DNA from: Nitrosopumilus sp. | GTDB lineage: Archaea; Thermoproteota; Nitrososphaeria; Nitrososphaerales; Nitrosopumilaceae | Length of the DNA: 64,000 nucleotides | Assembly: GCA_965238275.1 (NCBI GenBank) | Contig: OZ250186.1 | Location: 2,080,001-2,144,000, forward strand | Reading direction: 5' to 3' | Program-made: the position numbers and the translations under genes | Part shown: positions 10,280 through 20,916 of the stretch, piece by piece | How the letters are laid out: every line of letters begins with the position of its first letter | Numbering within the stretch: the stretch's first letter is position 1 | Notes under the pieces: model-generated | Databases searched by the model: none | What the model was told of the DNA's origin: nothing | What the model saw: only the letters and a program-made list of their open reading frames with translations

Positions 10280-10663
10280 GTGAGAAAGTCAGTAGAGAAC
10301 CTAGCAACCAGCAAGACCACGGGTGGCAGAAGGCATCCGCTCCGAATCAGGAGAAAGTACGAGATAGACAGGTATCCAAACGAGGCAGTCAACGGGGCCC
10401 AGACGACAATAACGCGAAGGGTTCGCGGAAACAACAGAAAGACGGCCCTGAAGTCAATCGACTTTGTCAATCTGGCAACAGGCGATGCCAAGGTAATAAA
10501 GACAAAAATTCTCAAGGTCTTGGACAATTCCACTAACAACGATTACAAGAGAAGGGGCATCATTACAAAGGGCGCCGTATTAGAGACGCGGGAAGGCAGA
10601 TGCAGGGTGGTCTCCAAGCCGGGCCAGAACGGCATAGTCAATGCGGTTCTGATGAAGGAATAA
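10280..10663 (+). CDS. rps8e: 30S ribosomal protein S8e
   Basis: KTTGGR, RVRGNNRK, IITKGAV, SKPGQNG. Confidence 0.96.
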   Translation: MRKSVENLATSKTTGGRRHPLRIRRKYEIDRYPNEAVNGAQTTITRRVRGNNRKTALKSIDFVNLATGDAKVIKTKILKVLDNSTNNDYKRRGIITKGAVLETREGRCRVVSKPGQNGIVNAVLMKE

Positions 10664-10664
10664 G

Positions 10665-10967
10665 ATGAAGAGCTACGAGCACGTCGTAGTGTGGTTGGAT
10701 TATTTTAACAAGAACTTCAAGAGATCAAGGGGAAGAAAGATGGGACTGGGCAAATGCGTGTTTGATCCCTCGCTGAAGGAGCTTATGGACGCGGCAGCGT
10801 CTGCAGGGTTTGAGATAACAGAGCAAAACGAGAAGGCAAGGTTTCCCAGAAGGCCGTTTGTCAGATCGGGGTACGTGGTGGTGCCAAAGCAGCAGTCCGC
10901 CAAGACAGTAATTCTTGACAAGATTGCAAAAAAAATGGTTGCCAAGAGGGCCAAACGTTCAAAATAA
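10665..10967 (+). CDS. srp19: Signal recognition particle protein SRP19
   Basis: VVWLDYF..RSRGRK, FPRRP..GYVVV. Confidence 0.9.
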   Translation: MKSYEHVVVWLDYFNKNFKRSRGRKMGLGKCVFDPSLKELMDAAASAGFEITEQNEKARFPRRPFVRSGYVVVPKQQSAKTVILDKIAKKMVAKRAKRSK

Positions 10968-11040
10968 TTCAGATCTAGCTTTTTGCTAAAGAAAAGCTGA
11001 TCGAGCCATATGATAAGACAGTAGCGGTTAATATCTTAAA

Positions 11041-11301
11041 TTGCAGGAGATAGGTGAGGTATTGCACTTGGCCGGGAGCGGCAGGGTGATAATCCAGCTC
11101 ACAGGGAAGGTTTCTGAAGGACAGATACTCTGTGACAGGAGCGGAACCAAGGTTGCAAAGGTGATGGAGATGATTGGTCCGGTGGACAAGCCACTTGCAT
11201 CGGCAACCCCGCTTACAAACAACATCAAAAAGTACAACGGCAAGAGCGTCTATGCATCCGCCATATCCCCTGACAATACTCAAAACAGGAGAAGAAGATG
11301 A
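11041..11301 (+). CDS. gar1: H/ACA RNP protein Gar1/Naf1
   Basis: IGEVLH..SG, VAKVMEMIGPVDKP; usual rps8e-srp19-gar1-tfb order. Confidence 0.82.
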   Translation: MQEIGEVLHLAGSGRVIIQLTGKVSEGQILCDRSGTKVAKVMEMIGPVDKPLASATPLTNNIKKYNGKSVYASAISPDNTQNRRRR

Positions 11302-12254
11302 ACATACTGGAAAAACAAAATTGTCCCGAATGCCAGTCGACATTAATTGACGACATGCAAAACGGCGAGATAATCTGTTCAGGTTGCGGCGTGGTAGTCG
11401 ACGACCAGATGGCAGATTACGGACCAGAGACAGTCAGTGCAAATCTGGAAGACAAGATGAGGCTTGCAAGGGCCACAGGCCAGACAACGTACTCCCAGCA
11501 CGATCTCGGAATATCAACTGCCATCTCGATCAGTCCAAAGGACTTTAGCGGCAAGTCAATCGACTACAAGGTCGCATCCCAGATGCACACCCTTAGAAAA
11601 TGGCAGCAGAGGGTAAGGGTATCATCACCCAGGGAGAGAAGGCTTGCAAACGTCCTGGCCAAGATGAGCGAGATCTGCGACAGCATCAACCTTTCAAAGA
11701 ATGTGCTGGAGACGGCCTCGATGATCTACAGGAACATGGACGGGCGCATAGAGGTAAAGGGCAAGTCGATAATCAGCATCTCGGCTGCCACCATCTACAT
11801 GGCATGCAAGCAGTGCGACGTGGTACGATCGCTTGGGGAGATCTGCAGAGGGATATGCACCCCAAAGGATGTCAAATCAAAGACAAAGCTTGCAGCAAGG
11901 TACTACAGGACCATGGTGATGGAGATGGGACAGGTAACGGCCCCGGTCGTATCCATGGACAAGTACATCTCAAAGATAGCCAACATGACGCGAACCGAGG
12001 TAAGGGTCGTGAGGCTTGCACTGGAGATCTCAGAAAAGACCAGGAACAGCAGCATCACAGACGGAAAGGACCCAAACGGAATTGCCGCAGCATACCTGTA
12101 CGTGTCCTCGGTACTGCTTGGGCAGAACATACTTCAAAAGGATGTCTCGACCATTGCAGGGGTTACAGAAGTCACCATCAGGAACAGATGCAAGGAGATT
12201 CTTACAAACCACAAACTCAAGATTTCCCTGAGGCCATCGCTGACAAAATACTGA
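11298..12254 (+). CDS. tfb: Transcription initiation factor IIB
   Basis: Zn ribbon CPEC..CSGCG, LRKWQ, two cyclin repeats, GKDPNG, TEVTIRNR. Confidence 0.96.
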   Translation: MNILEKQNCPECQSTLIDDMQNGEIICSGCGVVVDDQMADYGPETVSANLEDKMRLARATGQTTYSQHDLGISTAISISPKDFSGKSIDYKVASQMHTLRKWQQRVRVSSPRERRLANVLAKMSEICDSINLSKNVLETASMIYRNMDGRIEVKGKSIISISAATIYMACKQCDVVRSLGEICRGICTPKDVKSKTKLAARYYRTMVMEMGQVTAPVVSMDKYISKIANMTRTEVRVVRLALEISEKTRNSSITDGKDPNGIAAAYLYVSSVLLGQNILQKDVSTIAGVTEVTIRNRCKEILTNHKLKISLRPSLTKY

Positions 12255-12282
12255 CACTCACCCACACCCCTTTTTTTTCTCG

Positions 12283-12296
12283 TTAGGATCAGCTAA
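12283..12296. promoter_or_regulatory. Palindromic TTAG-N6-CTAA site upstream of the sufC TATA box
   Basis: TTAGGATCAGCTAA about 12 nt before TTATATA; similar sites upstream of sufB. Confidence 0.45.
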
Positions 12297-12328
12297 ATTT
12301 CGTCTGTATTATATATAGACGCAAAACA

Positions 12329-13111
12329 ATGCCGGATATGGCGGTTTTAGAGATAAGGGATCTTCACGTAAAGAGGGACGGAAAGGAGATTCTGAAGGGA
12401 GTCAACCTGAAGACAGGTCCCGGAGAAGTACACGCCATAATGGGGCCAAACGGCTCAGGAAAGAGCACGCTGGCATACACGCTGCTTGCGCACCCAAAAT
12501 ACGAAGTCACCAGGGGCGACATTCTGCTGGACGGGCAGAGCATTCTGGGCATGACAGCAGACAAGAGGGCCAAAAAGGGTCTCTTTTTAGGATTCCAGTA
12601 TCCGACAGAGGTCTCGGGGGTAGGGTTCTCGCACTTTTTGAGAACCGCATACAACTCACTGAGCAAGGCGCTGGAGGGGGACGACAGGGAGGTCTTCATA
12701 ACAGTCAGGGAGTTTCAAAAATACCTCAAGGAAAACCTGGAGAAGGTGGGACTAAAGGAGGAGTTTCTCTCAAGGTATCTCAACGAAGGATTTTCAGGCG
12801 GCGAGAAGAAGCGTGCAGAGGTTCTGCAGATGGCAGTCCTAAAGCCAAAGATATCCCTGCTTGACGAGCCTGACTCGGGTCTTGACATTGACGCAGTCCA
12901 GGCAGTGGCAAAGGCAATCAGCCAGGTATCCGGAAAGGATGCAACGATCATAGTCATCACGCACTATGCCAGGATTCTAAGGTTCCTTGACAAGCTGGAT
13001 TATGTACACGTGTTTGCAAACGGACAGGTGCTCAAGACAGGCGATGCCTCCCTTGCCGACAAGCTCGAGATTGACGGCTACGACTGGGTCATAGAACAGG
13101 CAGCAGCATAA
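12329..13111 (+). CDS. sufC: Fe-S assembly ATPase SufC
   Basis: GPNGSGKST, LGFQYP, FSGGEKKRAE, LDEPDSGLD. Confidence 0.96.
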   Translation: MPDMAVLEIRDLHVKRDGKEILKGVNLKTGPGEVHAIMGPNGSGKSTLAYTLLAHPKYEVTRGDILLDGQSILGMTADKRAKKGLFLGFQYPTEVSGVGFSHFLRTAYNSLSKALEGDDREVFITVREFQKYLKENLEKVGLKEEFLSRYLNEGFSGGEKKRAEVLQMAVLKPKISLLDEPDSGLDIDAVQAVAKAISQVSGKDATIIVITHYARILRFLDKLDYVHVFANGQVLKTGDASLADKLEIDGYDWVIEQAAA

Positions 13112-13168
13112 TCAAACATCCACAGGGCCGGTTTTTGTTTAAATAGGGTCATTTAATCTGATGAATAC

Positions 13169-13840
13169 ATGTCAGGCCAAAGACAGTACTATTTCAGCTT
13201 TTCATTCTTCAAGATCGACCCCAAGTGGAGGTGGATGGCGGACCTTGCCAAGGAGGAGTCTGCAAAGGAGGTCCAAAACACACTGAGGAACTCCGGCATA
13301 AGGTACAGGACGTACTCGAATCTTGGGATGAGGGACGACGCGGACATCCTGTTCTGGTTCATGGCAGAGTCAGTCGCAGAGATCCAGTCTGCCGTGGAGA
13401 GGCTGTACAAGACGGTGTTTGGAAAGTACATCATCCCGTCAAGGACGTACCTGTCATGTACCAGGCCTTCAATCTACGCAAGCGGCGAGGCTGCGCACGG
13501 CTTTGTTGCAGGGGACGAGGCAAGGAGCCATGTCATAGTGTACCCGTTTACCAAGACCAGGGAGTGGTACCTGCTGCCACAGCAGAAGAGGCAGGAGATC
13601 ATGGACGAGCACATTGCAGTAAGCAGAAAGTATCCGCAGGTGGTGCTGAACACGACGTACTCTTTTGGAATCCACGACGAGGACTTTATGCTGGCATTTG
13701 AGATGGACAACATCAGGGACTTTCAGGACCTGATCATGGAGCTGAGGGAGACGCAGGTCTCAAGGTACGTCCAAAACGACATCCCCATGATCGTGTGCGT
13801 CAAAAAGGAGATAGTGCCGCTGATCTCCAGTCTCGGGTAG
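13169..13840 (+). CDS. Chlorite dismutase/coproheme decarboxylase family heme protein
   Basis: VYPFTKTREWYLL, MDEH, TTYSFGIHDEDF. Confidence 0.88.
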   Translation: MSGQRQYYFSFSFFKIDPKWRWMADLAKEESAKEVQNTLRNSGIRYRTYSNLGMRDDADILFWFMAESVAEIQSAVERLYKTVFGKYIIPSRTYLSCTRPSIYASGEAAHGFVAGDEARSHVIVYPFTKTREWYLLPQQKRQEIMDEHIAVSRKYPQVVLNTTYSFGIHDEDFMLAFEMDNIRDFQDLIMELRETQVSRYVQNDIPMIVCVKKEIVPLISSLG

Positions 13841-13972
13841 GGCCGGAACATATTCGGAAGCCGGAAGGTCATGGCTTTGCAGTCCGTCCTGCGGATCAGG
13901 CACGCCGATTTGTAACAACGGTTCAAATGCAGTTTTGGCAGACATGATGATGATGATGGTTCTATCAGGTGA

Positions 13973-14977
13973 ATGCGCGGCATGAGATACAACAGGCTGG
14001 GCAGGACCGACATCAGGGTATCGGAGATTGGATTTGGCGCATGGGCCATCGCCCTTGACTGGTGGGGCAAAAAGATAGAGGAGGACGAGGCAGAAAGAAT
14101 GCTCAAAAAGGCGTACGACGTCGGAATCAACCTCTTTGAGACAGGGGACATGTACGGGAGCGGAAAGAGCGAGAGGATAATCGGCCGGGTCTTTAAGGGC
14201 ATGAGGGACGAGGTCGTAATATCTACAAAGTATGGCTATGACTTCGAGGGCGTAAAGCAGATAGGGCACAGCGAGCTTCCCCAAAAGTTTGACGAGGGCT
14301 TTACCAGGAAGGCGCTGAGGGGCAGCCTTGAGAGGCTGCAGACGGATCACCTTGACATGTACGGGCTGCACAATCCAAAGATGAACCACATAAGGGACGA
14401 CTCCATATTCAACGTGCTTGACGGCCTTGTTGCAGACGGGACCATCAGGACGTATCAGGCGGCCCTTGGCCCTGCAATCGGCTGGACGCAGGAGGGCATG
14501 GAGGCAATGGACAGGCCAAACCTCGGCGCGGTCCAGACAGTCTACAACATTCTCGAGCAGATGCCGGGAAACGAGCTGATGAAAAAGGCCGCAGAAAAGG
14601 ACATCGGAATCCTGGTCAGGGTTCCGGAGGCGTCAGGGATACTTACCGGCAAGGTGAATGCAGATACTAAGATTGACGAGAAGGACCACAGGTCAGTCAG
14701 GAAGGGGGAGTGGATCAAGGCATCGCTGGAGAAGGTGGAACAGATCAGGCTGATTGCCAGAAGAAACGGACTGGGCATAATGGAGCTTGCAATCAAGTTC
14801 ATCATGACAAAGAAGGGATTCACGTCGGTGTTTCCAACCATGGTGAGCGAGGAGGAGGTCATCGCGTATGCGGCTATGGCAGACGGCCGGTACATACCGG
14901 AGCAGGACATGGCAGAGATTGACAGGATTTACAATACGTGGCCCCCGTACGAGCTAAAGGCTACGCAGGCAGTCTGA
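13973..14977 (+). CDS. Aldo/keto reductase
   Basis: VSEIGFGAW, ETGDMYG, STKYG, SLERLQTDHLD. Confidence 0.93.
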   Translation: MRGMRYNRLGRTDIRVSEIGFGAWAIALDWWGKKIEEDEAERMLKKAYDVGINLFETGDMYGSGKSERIIGRVFKGMRDEVVISTKYGYDFEGVKQIGHSELPQKFDEGFTRKALRGSLERLQTDHLDMYGLHNPKMNHIRDDSIFNVLDGLVADGTIRTYQAALGPAIGWTQEGMEAMDRPNLGAVQTVYNILEQMPGNELMKKAAEKDIGILVRVPEASGILTGKVNADTKIDEKDHRSVRKGEWIKASLEKVEQIRLIARRNGLGIMELAIKFIMTKKGFTSVFPTMVSEEEVIAYAAMADGRYIPEQDMAEIDRIYNTWPPYELKATQAV

Positions 14978-15047
14978 CTGGCAGGCTGCAAAAAGGGCGT
15001 GCGAATTCTGCAGGGGGATGGCGTTTGGGCGGTGCCTGCATCCGGAT

Positions 15048-16112
15048 TCAGACAGACGACAGCGGCCGGGGGATGATGCCTTCAGGTTGCTGCTGCTGCT
15101 GCTGCTGTTCCAGACAGAAGGACTCCTCAACAAAGTATTCAACGCGCGTCTTTTTGAATTCGCGCGAGCTGAACAGGATTCGGTAGTCATCCACATGAAT
15201 CTGCTTCTGGATTGTCCTTGCCATCTCGTTTGCCTCTTCATGGGTCTTGCAGTGGATCATTGAAAATACGTTGTATGGCCAGTCGGGATACGTGGGCCTC
15301 TGGTAGCAGTGGCTGACCTGCGGAAACGCGCCAAGGTTCTCGCCCACATCAGATATGCGGGATTCTGGAACCTTCCAGACTATCATCCCGTTTGCGGTAA
15401 ATCCGATCTGCCTGTGCCTGAGGATTGCTGCAAACCTGCGCATTACGCCTATGCCCTCATAGTATCGCATCTGCTCGAACAGTTCATCCTCGGTAATCCC
15501 AAGGACTGCTGCAGACTTTACAAACGGCTCGTCAACTATATCCATGTCCTTTTGCATCTCGCGCACGAAATTCTTGTCCTCCTCGGTGGGCTCAAACGGC
15601 ATGTCATTTACCTCCTTTTTGTTTTCGCTGGGGGCCACCTCGTGCTTCTTTTCATCAACCATGTCCAGCTTGACTCCGATCTTGAACAGCTTCAGCGTCG
15701 GGAGCATTCTTATCTTTTTTATCCCCTCCAGGACGCTGAATTGTTCGACCTCGGATTTCAGATCAGAGCCCGGAGGAACCGCAAGCGTAAACCACAGGTT
15801 GAACTGATGGTCCCGCTCATAGTTGTGGCTCACGCCAGGATGCGTGTTGATCATGGATGCGACATGCTCCAGCCTGTCAGGGGCGATCTCCATTGCGACT
15901 AGCGAACTGGTGTATCCCAGCTTCCTTGTGTCAAATATGGCGCTCAGCTGGCGCAGTACGCCGACCTGCTTGAGGCGTATGAGCCGCTCCTTGACATTTT
16001 TGGGGGTCGTGTCAAACTTGCGGGCGATTGCATCAAACGGCCTGGTAACAAGGGGAAATGTCCATTGAATCTCGTTGAGCAGTTCCCGGTCAAGGTCGTC
16101 CATGGATGTCAT
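15048..16112 (-). CDS. ahbAB: Siroheme decarboxylase AhbA-AhbB fusion (Lrp/AsnC-like)
   Basis: VSHNYER and VSHCYQR halves, YNVFSMIH; divergent from sirC-hemA-hemB. Confidence 0.85.
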   Translation of the reverse strand: MTSMDDLDRELLNEIQWTFPLVTRPFDAIARKFDTTPKNVKERLIRLKQVGVLRQLSAIFDTRKLGYTSSLVAMEIAPDRLEHVASMINTHPGVSHNYERDHQFNLWFTLAVPPGSDLKSEVEQFSVLEGIKKIRMLPTLKLFKIGVKLDMVDEKKHEVAPSENKKEVNDMPFEPTEEDKNFVREMQKDMDIVDEPFVKSAAVLGITEDELFEQMRYYEGIGVMRRFAAILRHRQIGFTANGMIVWKVPESRISDVGENLGAFPQVSHCYQRPTYPDWPYNVFSMIHCKTHEEANEMARTIQKQIHVDDYRILFSSREFKKTRVEYFVEESFCLEQQQQQQQPEGIIPRPLSSV

Positions 16113-16233
16113 CAAATCAGTGACATGGATGTTCAATTAAAAATGTAGTGGGGCCGGGAAATTGTTTTTTGTACGCAGCGCCGGAGCGCGCACCAGTTCA
16201 ATACATAAATAGAAATCCAAGCCCTGTTGATCG

Positions 16234-16905
16234 ATGATAGTGGATCTTGATCTGCGCGACAGGACGATCCTTGTAGTCGGCGGCGGAAGGCAGGCGCAGA
16301 AGAGGCTGAGGCATCTTCTAGGCGAGGAATGCAACATCATACTGGTCAGCGCCGATGTCACCCCCCAGATAGGCAGGTGGGGGGAGTCAAAAAAGATCAC
16401 GATCAAAAAACAGCAAGTCACGGACACAAAATTCATCTCGGATATAAGACCGGACATCATAATCACCACCACGGACAGCACGGAGACAAACCAGATGATC
16501 ATCAGATATGCCAAAAGGAACGGGATCACCGCATACAGTTCTGACAATCCGGAGGAGAGCGACTTTGCAAATCCGGCCATAATCGACTTTGAGGGGGCAG
16601 TCCAGGTTGCCATATTCACTGGAGGCCAGAGTCCGGCAATGTCAAAGAGGATCAGGGCAAGGCTTGAGGAGGCACTACTACTCGGGGGAATGATCAAAAA
16701 GGAGGACGTCGCGCAGATAAGGCTCCAAAAGACCATGCGGGCAATGGCCAGGGATGCAATACCGGACCAGGCCCGGAGGAGGGAGTGCCTGAAGGAGATC
16801 ATGGACGATGATGCCATCGGGCAGCTGATAAAAGACGGCCAAACCAAAAGGGCCGAAGAGAGGGCGGCGGCGATGATGCTGGGGAGCGGCGGCGGCCTGA
16901 AATGA
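16234..16905 (+). CDS. sirC: Precorrin-2 dehydrogenase/sirohydrochlorin ferrochelatase (CysG-B/SirC)
   Basis: VVGGG, DNPEESDFANPA, TGGQSPA. Confidence 0.88.
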   Translation: MIVDLDLRDRTILVVGGGRQAQKRLRHLLGEECNIILVSADVTPQIGRWGESKKITIKKQQVTDTKFISDIRPDIIITTTDSTETNQMIIRYAKRNGITAYSSDNPEESDFANPAIIDFEGAVQVAIFTGGQSPAMSKRIRARLEEALLLGGMIKKEDVAQIRLQKTMRAMARDAIPDQARRRECLKEIMDDDAIGQLIKDGQTKRAEERAAAMMLGSGGGLK

Positions 16906-18170
16906 GCCAAAACATAATCAATGCGCGGGTAACCTTTCGCAACTCCCCAATACACGTTCTTGAGCAGTTTACAATCACGGACATTGAAGATGCGTACAAG
17001 CAGTTCAGGGCACACTCTGGACTGGAGGAATGCGTGATCATTCAGACGTGCAACAGGATAGAGCTGTTTGCAAAGTCAGGATCATACGATCCCGAGGCCA
17101 TCAAGAGCACATGGGCCACGATTGCAGGACTGGAAAGGGAGATCTTCGAGGAGAACATGGAGTGTGTTGAGAATCAGGAGGCCATCCACCACCTGCTAAA
17201 GCTGACATCCGGACTTGACTCCATGGTGCTAGGCGAGGAGCAGATACTGGGCCAGGTAAAGAATGCAATCACCACCGCAAGGGAGATGAAGGCATCGGGC
17301 CAGCACCTCAACACCCTGTTTGACAAGGCAATCAGAGTCGGCACCAGGATCAGAAACTCCAGCGGAATCGGAAGGGGCGGCATCTCGGTGGGCTCCATGG
17401 CAGTAAGGCTTGCAGAGGAGAACATTGACGAGATGAAGACAAAGAGGATTCTGCTCATAGGTACAGGCGAGGTCTCAACCCTTGTCGCAAAGTCGCTGAA
17501 CAGGCGCGGGTATGCCTTTAATGTTACAAGCAGGACCGTCAAAAGATCCGAGACGTTCTGCAAGACGATGGGCGGGGTGCCTGCAAGGTTCGAGGACGTG
17601 CTTGCAGGATTTGACAGGTATGACGTGCTGTTTGTTGCAACGACTGCGCCGTACCTTCTTGTAACGCACCAGAGAATCGCGCAGGCGATGGCAGACTGCA
17701 ACGGGGGGATGATGATCCTGGACCTGTCAAACCCCAGGACAGTCGACGAGAAGGTGGCCACCATACGGGGAGTGAAACTGATGAACCTGGATCAGATTGC
17801 AGAGATGATTGAAAAGAACCTGAATGCAAGGACGAACAAGGCAAAGGCAGTAGAGGACATAATCAGCGGCGAGGTGCCCGTACTTGAGGCCAGCATGAAA
17901 CGGCTGGAGGCAGAACCGCTGGTAAAGGACGTCTTCAAAAGCATAGACGGGCTGAGGGAGAAGGAGCTGCAAAAGGCGCTTCAGATCCTCAATGAAAAGG
18001 ACGAGGAGCGGATAAGGGTCATAGACGAGCTTACAAGGTCCATAGTAGAAAGCATCGTCTCAGCCCCGATGAACAACATCAGAAGGGCCTCAGAGCAGGG
18101 CCGGTCAGAGATGGTAAGGGTGGCAGGCAGGCTGTTTGACTACAAGGCCGGAGAACAGCAGTCCGATTAG
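16902..18170 (+). CDS. hemA: Glutamyl-tRNA reductase
   Basis: TCNRIE, GLDSMVLGEEQILGQV, DLSNPR. Confidence 0.97.
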   Translation: MSQNIINARVTFRNSPIHVLEQFTITDIEDAYKQFRAHSGLEECVIIQTCNRIELFAKSGSYDPEAIKSTWATIAGLEREIFEENMECVENQEAIHHLLKLTSGLDSMVLGEEQILGQVKNAITTAREMKASGQHLNTLFDKAIRVGTRIRNSSGIGRGGISVGSMAVRLAEENIDEMKTKRILLIGTGEVSTLVAKSLNRRGYAFNVTSRTVKRSETFCKTMGGVPARFEDVLAGFDRYDVLFVATTAPYLLVTHQRIAQAMADCNGGMMILDLSNPRTVDEKVATIRGVKLMNLDQIAEMIEKNLNARTNKAKAVEDIISGEVPVLEASMKRLEAEPLVKDVFKSIDGLREKELQKALQILNEKDEERIRVIDELTRSIVESIVSAPMNNIRRASEQGRSEMVRVAGRLFDYKAGEQQSD

Positions 18171-18201
18171 GATTTATATCTTGGCGAAGGGTTGTTTCGG
18201 C

Positions 18202-19182
18202 ATGTCATTTCCCGTCAGACGCCTCCACCGGCTGCGTACATCCGAAAGGATGAGGGAGCTGGTTCGGCAGACGACGCTCTCCCCGAGGAACCTGATCTGT
18301 CCAGTGTTTGTCCAGGAGGATCTAAAGGCCAGAGCCAGCATAAAGTCCATGCCGGACATACAGAGGCTTCCCCTAGATGAGGTAAGCGACGAGGTTGGCA
18401 TCATCAGGGATCTGGGAATTCCCGCAATCATGCTCTTCGGGGTGCCAAAACAAAAAGACGATGCAGGTTCATCTGCCTTTGACGACGACGGAATTGTCCA
18501 AAAGGCGATATCCCGGATCAGGGAGAACTTTGGGGATAAAATGGTCATAATGACAGATGTATGCCTCTGCCAGTTTACATCCACAGGACACTGCGGGATA
18601 ATACGGGAAAACCGGATAGACAACGATTCAAGCATCGATACCCTTGCAAGAATAGCCGTCAGCCAGGGCATGGCGGGGGCAGATACGGTCTCGCCTTCTG
18701 CCATGATGGACGGGCAGGTTGCCGCAATAAGGACGGCCCTCGAGGACGAGGGACTCAAGGATGTCTCAATAATGTCGCATGCAGCCAAGCACCGTTCAAA
18801 CTTTTATTCGCCGTTCAGGGAGGCTGCAGAGTGTGCGCCAAAGTTCGGGGACAGAAGAACGTACCAGGTGCCATACACCAACGCCAGGGAGGCAATGATG
18901 GAGATTGAGTCAGACATAGACGAGGGGGCAGACATTGTAATGATAAAACCGGCAATGGTCTATCTGGATCTGATTGCAGAGACCAGAAGAAGGTTTGATG
19001 TTCCGGTATCGGCATACAGCGTATCAGGCGAGTATGCGATGGTCAAGGCCGCATCACACATGGGGTACATGGATGAGAAAAGCATTACAGAGGAGATTCT
19101 GTACTCGATAAGAAGGGCCGGCGCGGACATGATAGTAACATACTTTGCAAAGTCGGCTGCATCATTCCTTCAGGAACCATGA
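18202..19182 (+). CDS. hemB: Porphobilinogen synthase
   Basis: DVCLCQFTSTGHCG, PSAMMDG, MIKP, YSVSGEY. Confidence 0.97.
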   Translation: MSFPVRRLHRLRTSERMRELVRQTTLSPRNLICPVFVQEDLKARASIKSMPDIQRLPLDEVSDEVGIIRDLGIPAIMLFGVPKQKDDAGSSAFDDDGIVQKAISRIRENFGDKMVIMTDVCLCQFTSTGHCGIIRENRIDNDSSIDTLARIAVSQGMAGADTVSPSAMMDGQVAAIRTALEDEGLKDVSIMSHAAKHRSNFYSPFREAAECAPKFGDRRTYQVPYTNAREAMMEIESDIDEGADIVMIKPAMVYLDLIAETRRRFDVPVSAYSVSGEYAMVKAASHMGYMDEKSITEEILYSIRRAGADMIVTYFAKSAASFLQEP

Positions 19183-19490
19183 GAAACGACGAGCGCTTTG
19201 AGATAGAGCGGGCCCTTGACATCCTGCCGCATGCAGTAGGCTCAAGCTGGGCCGTAATATGGTTTAGAATGAAGGGGATCAAAAAGCCCACAAGGGAAGA
19301 GTACAGGGAGAGAACCGTCGGTTATTTAAAAAAAATGGAGCCCGTCTTTGAGGCCTACCCCGATGATGAGGAGTTTGTCGACATACTCGGGTACATCAGG
19401 TTCAGAAAGAAGGCAGAATACGACAAAATACTGGGGGGCAAAAACAAAGAGGTTGAAAAGAGGTACGACAGGTATGTCGACTATGGGTGA
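19179..19490 (+). CDS. Hypothetical protein
   Basis: 103-aa ORF coupled to hemB by an ATGA overlap. Confidence 0.7.
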   Translation: MRNDERFEIERALDILPHAVGSSWAVIWFRMKGIKKPTREEYRERTVGYLKKMEPVFEAYPDDEEFVDILGYIRFRKKAEYDKILGGKNKEVEKRYDRYVDYG

Positions 19491-20116
19491 ATCTCCCCGT
19501 CCAGATGTCCAAGGTACTCCCGGAGCAGTCCGGTTCTCTTTTGGGCCTCTGTCTGGCCGGATTCGGTGTTCATCAGGGACTCCAGTTTGAGCAGTTTTTG
19601 AAAAAAGTGATCAACTGTCCATGCCGCATCATCTGGGGTGCGCTCCCTGCAGAAGGGATCGTCGGCATTGTACAACATCCTTCCAAGCGCGCCCCCTGTG
19701 GAAAAGACCCTGGCAATTCCGATGGCCCCGAGCGCGTCCAACCGGTCTGCATCCTGGAGTATCATCGCCTCACGGGTCCGGGGGGGGGGGGGTGCGCCCC
19801 GCGAAAAGCTGTGATCACGGACTGCCTCCGAGACTGTTCGGGCATCCTCAGCAGAAAAGCCGTGTCGCAGCAGCAGTGCCTCAGATACCCGGGCACTCTC
19901 CAGGGAAGATGACTCTGAACGCCTGTCAGACTTGGGATGCGAGACCACGTCGTGCAGCAGCGCAGCACACAGCGCCAGCCGGTCATCGGCACCCTCCATC
20001 CTGCAGATCATGCTGGCATTCCTGCAGACCCTCATGACATGCTCAAAATCGTGTGCCGGATCATGCCCGGCCATCATCCCCCTTACCTCGTCGATCATCT
20101 TCCCGGGAATACTCAT
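19481..20116 (-). CDS. HD-domain phosphohydrolase (YedJ-like)
   Basis: HDFEHV, LLHD, QDADRLDALGAIGIAR, HFFQKLL. Confidence 0.9.
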   Translation of the reverse strand: MSIPGKMIDEVRGMMAGHDPAHDFEHVMRVCRNASMICRMEGADDRLALCAALLHDVVSHPKSDRRSESSSLESARVSEALLLRHGFSAEDARTVSEAVRDHSFSRGAPPPPRTREAMILQDADRLDALGAIGIARVFSTGGALGRMLYNADDPFCRERTPDDAAWTVDHFFQKLLKLESLMNTESGQTEAQKRTGLLREYLGHLDGEIHP

Positions 20117-20743
20117 TTAGAACCTCCAGATTCGGGGTTTGACAAACTTTAGCTGCCTCTGGGTCAGCAGGACGGTCCAGTTTATCGAGGCAAACAGTAC
20201 AATCATGCAGATTCCGACCCCGTCGATCAGCAGTATTCCGACAAGCCTGTCCTCAAATATCTCCAGAAACGGTTTCAGGACGGCATTTCCAAAGTATATC
20301 ATTATGATATAGGACAGCGTGCGCCCAAACCAGAACCCTATGTATATCCCCATGTTCCGTGCGCGCATCAGGCCGTACGTAATGAACAGCATGTTGCTTG
20401 GGAGCGGGGTTGCGCCAAACAGAAAGGATGCAGTCAGGTAGCCGAACCTTTTCGAGTTGAGAACCCCTCCGATGACATCAAGGTTGGTCTTTTGTTCCTG
20501 GCCTACGAACCTCCTAAAGAGGCCGCTGAGCCTCATCAGGGCCAGTCGCCCTATTGTGGCACCTGTCGCACCCACCATGGCAAGAACCACAATGTCCAGA
20601 CCCGGGTCAAGAAGGTAAAAGGACGTCAGCACTATCCAGCTTGGAGGCATCAGGATCGGCGAGACGTTGACTCCGATCAGAACCAGGAATATGCCAAGAT
20701 ATGAAAATTCTCCAAAGATCTCAAAGATGTCAGTCATCTGCAT
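20117..20743 (-). CDS. DedA/VTT-like membrane protein
   Basis: Multiple TM segments, GATGATIGR, TPLPSN, FWFGR. Confidence 0.7.
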   Translation of the reverse strand: MQMTDIFEIFGEFSYLGIFLVLIGVNVSPILMPPSWIVLTSFYLLDPGLDIVVLAMVGATGATIGRLALMRLSGLFRRFVGQEQKTNLDVIGGVLNSKRFGYLTASFLFGATPLPSNMLFITYGLMRARNMGIYIGFWFGRTLSYIIMIYFGNAVLKPFLEIFEDRLVGILLIDGVGICMIVLFASINWTVLLTQRQLKFVKPRIWRF

Positions 20744-20916
20744 TCATGTGTGGCTTTTTGTTTCTAAACCCTTGGTTTGCATCCAATATGAAAAAATCAC
20801 CATGCCGTCTAAAAAATTAAAAAAATTGCATTTTCCAACCGATGGCGGATCGCATATTGTGGTAAATGGATCAGTTGTACATCATACTTATAAGAAGTCA
20901 GGCAGAATCCCAAAAC

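Noticed and set aside
15087-15110. (CAG)n poly-Gln tail on AhbAB
   Set aside because: Short in-frame microsatellite beyond the conserved domain; no functional evidence
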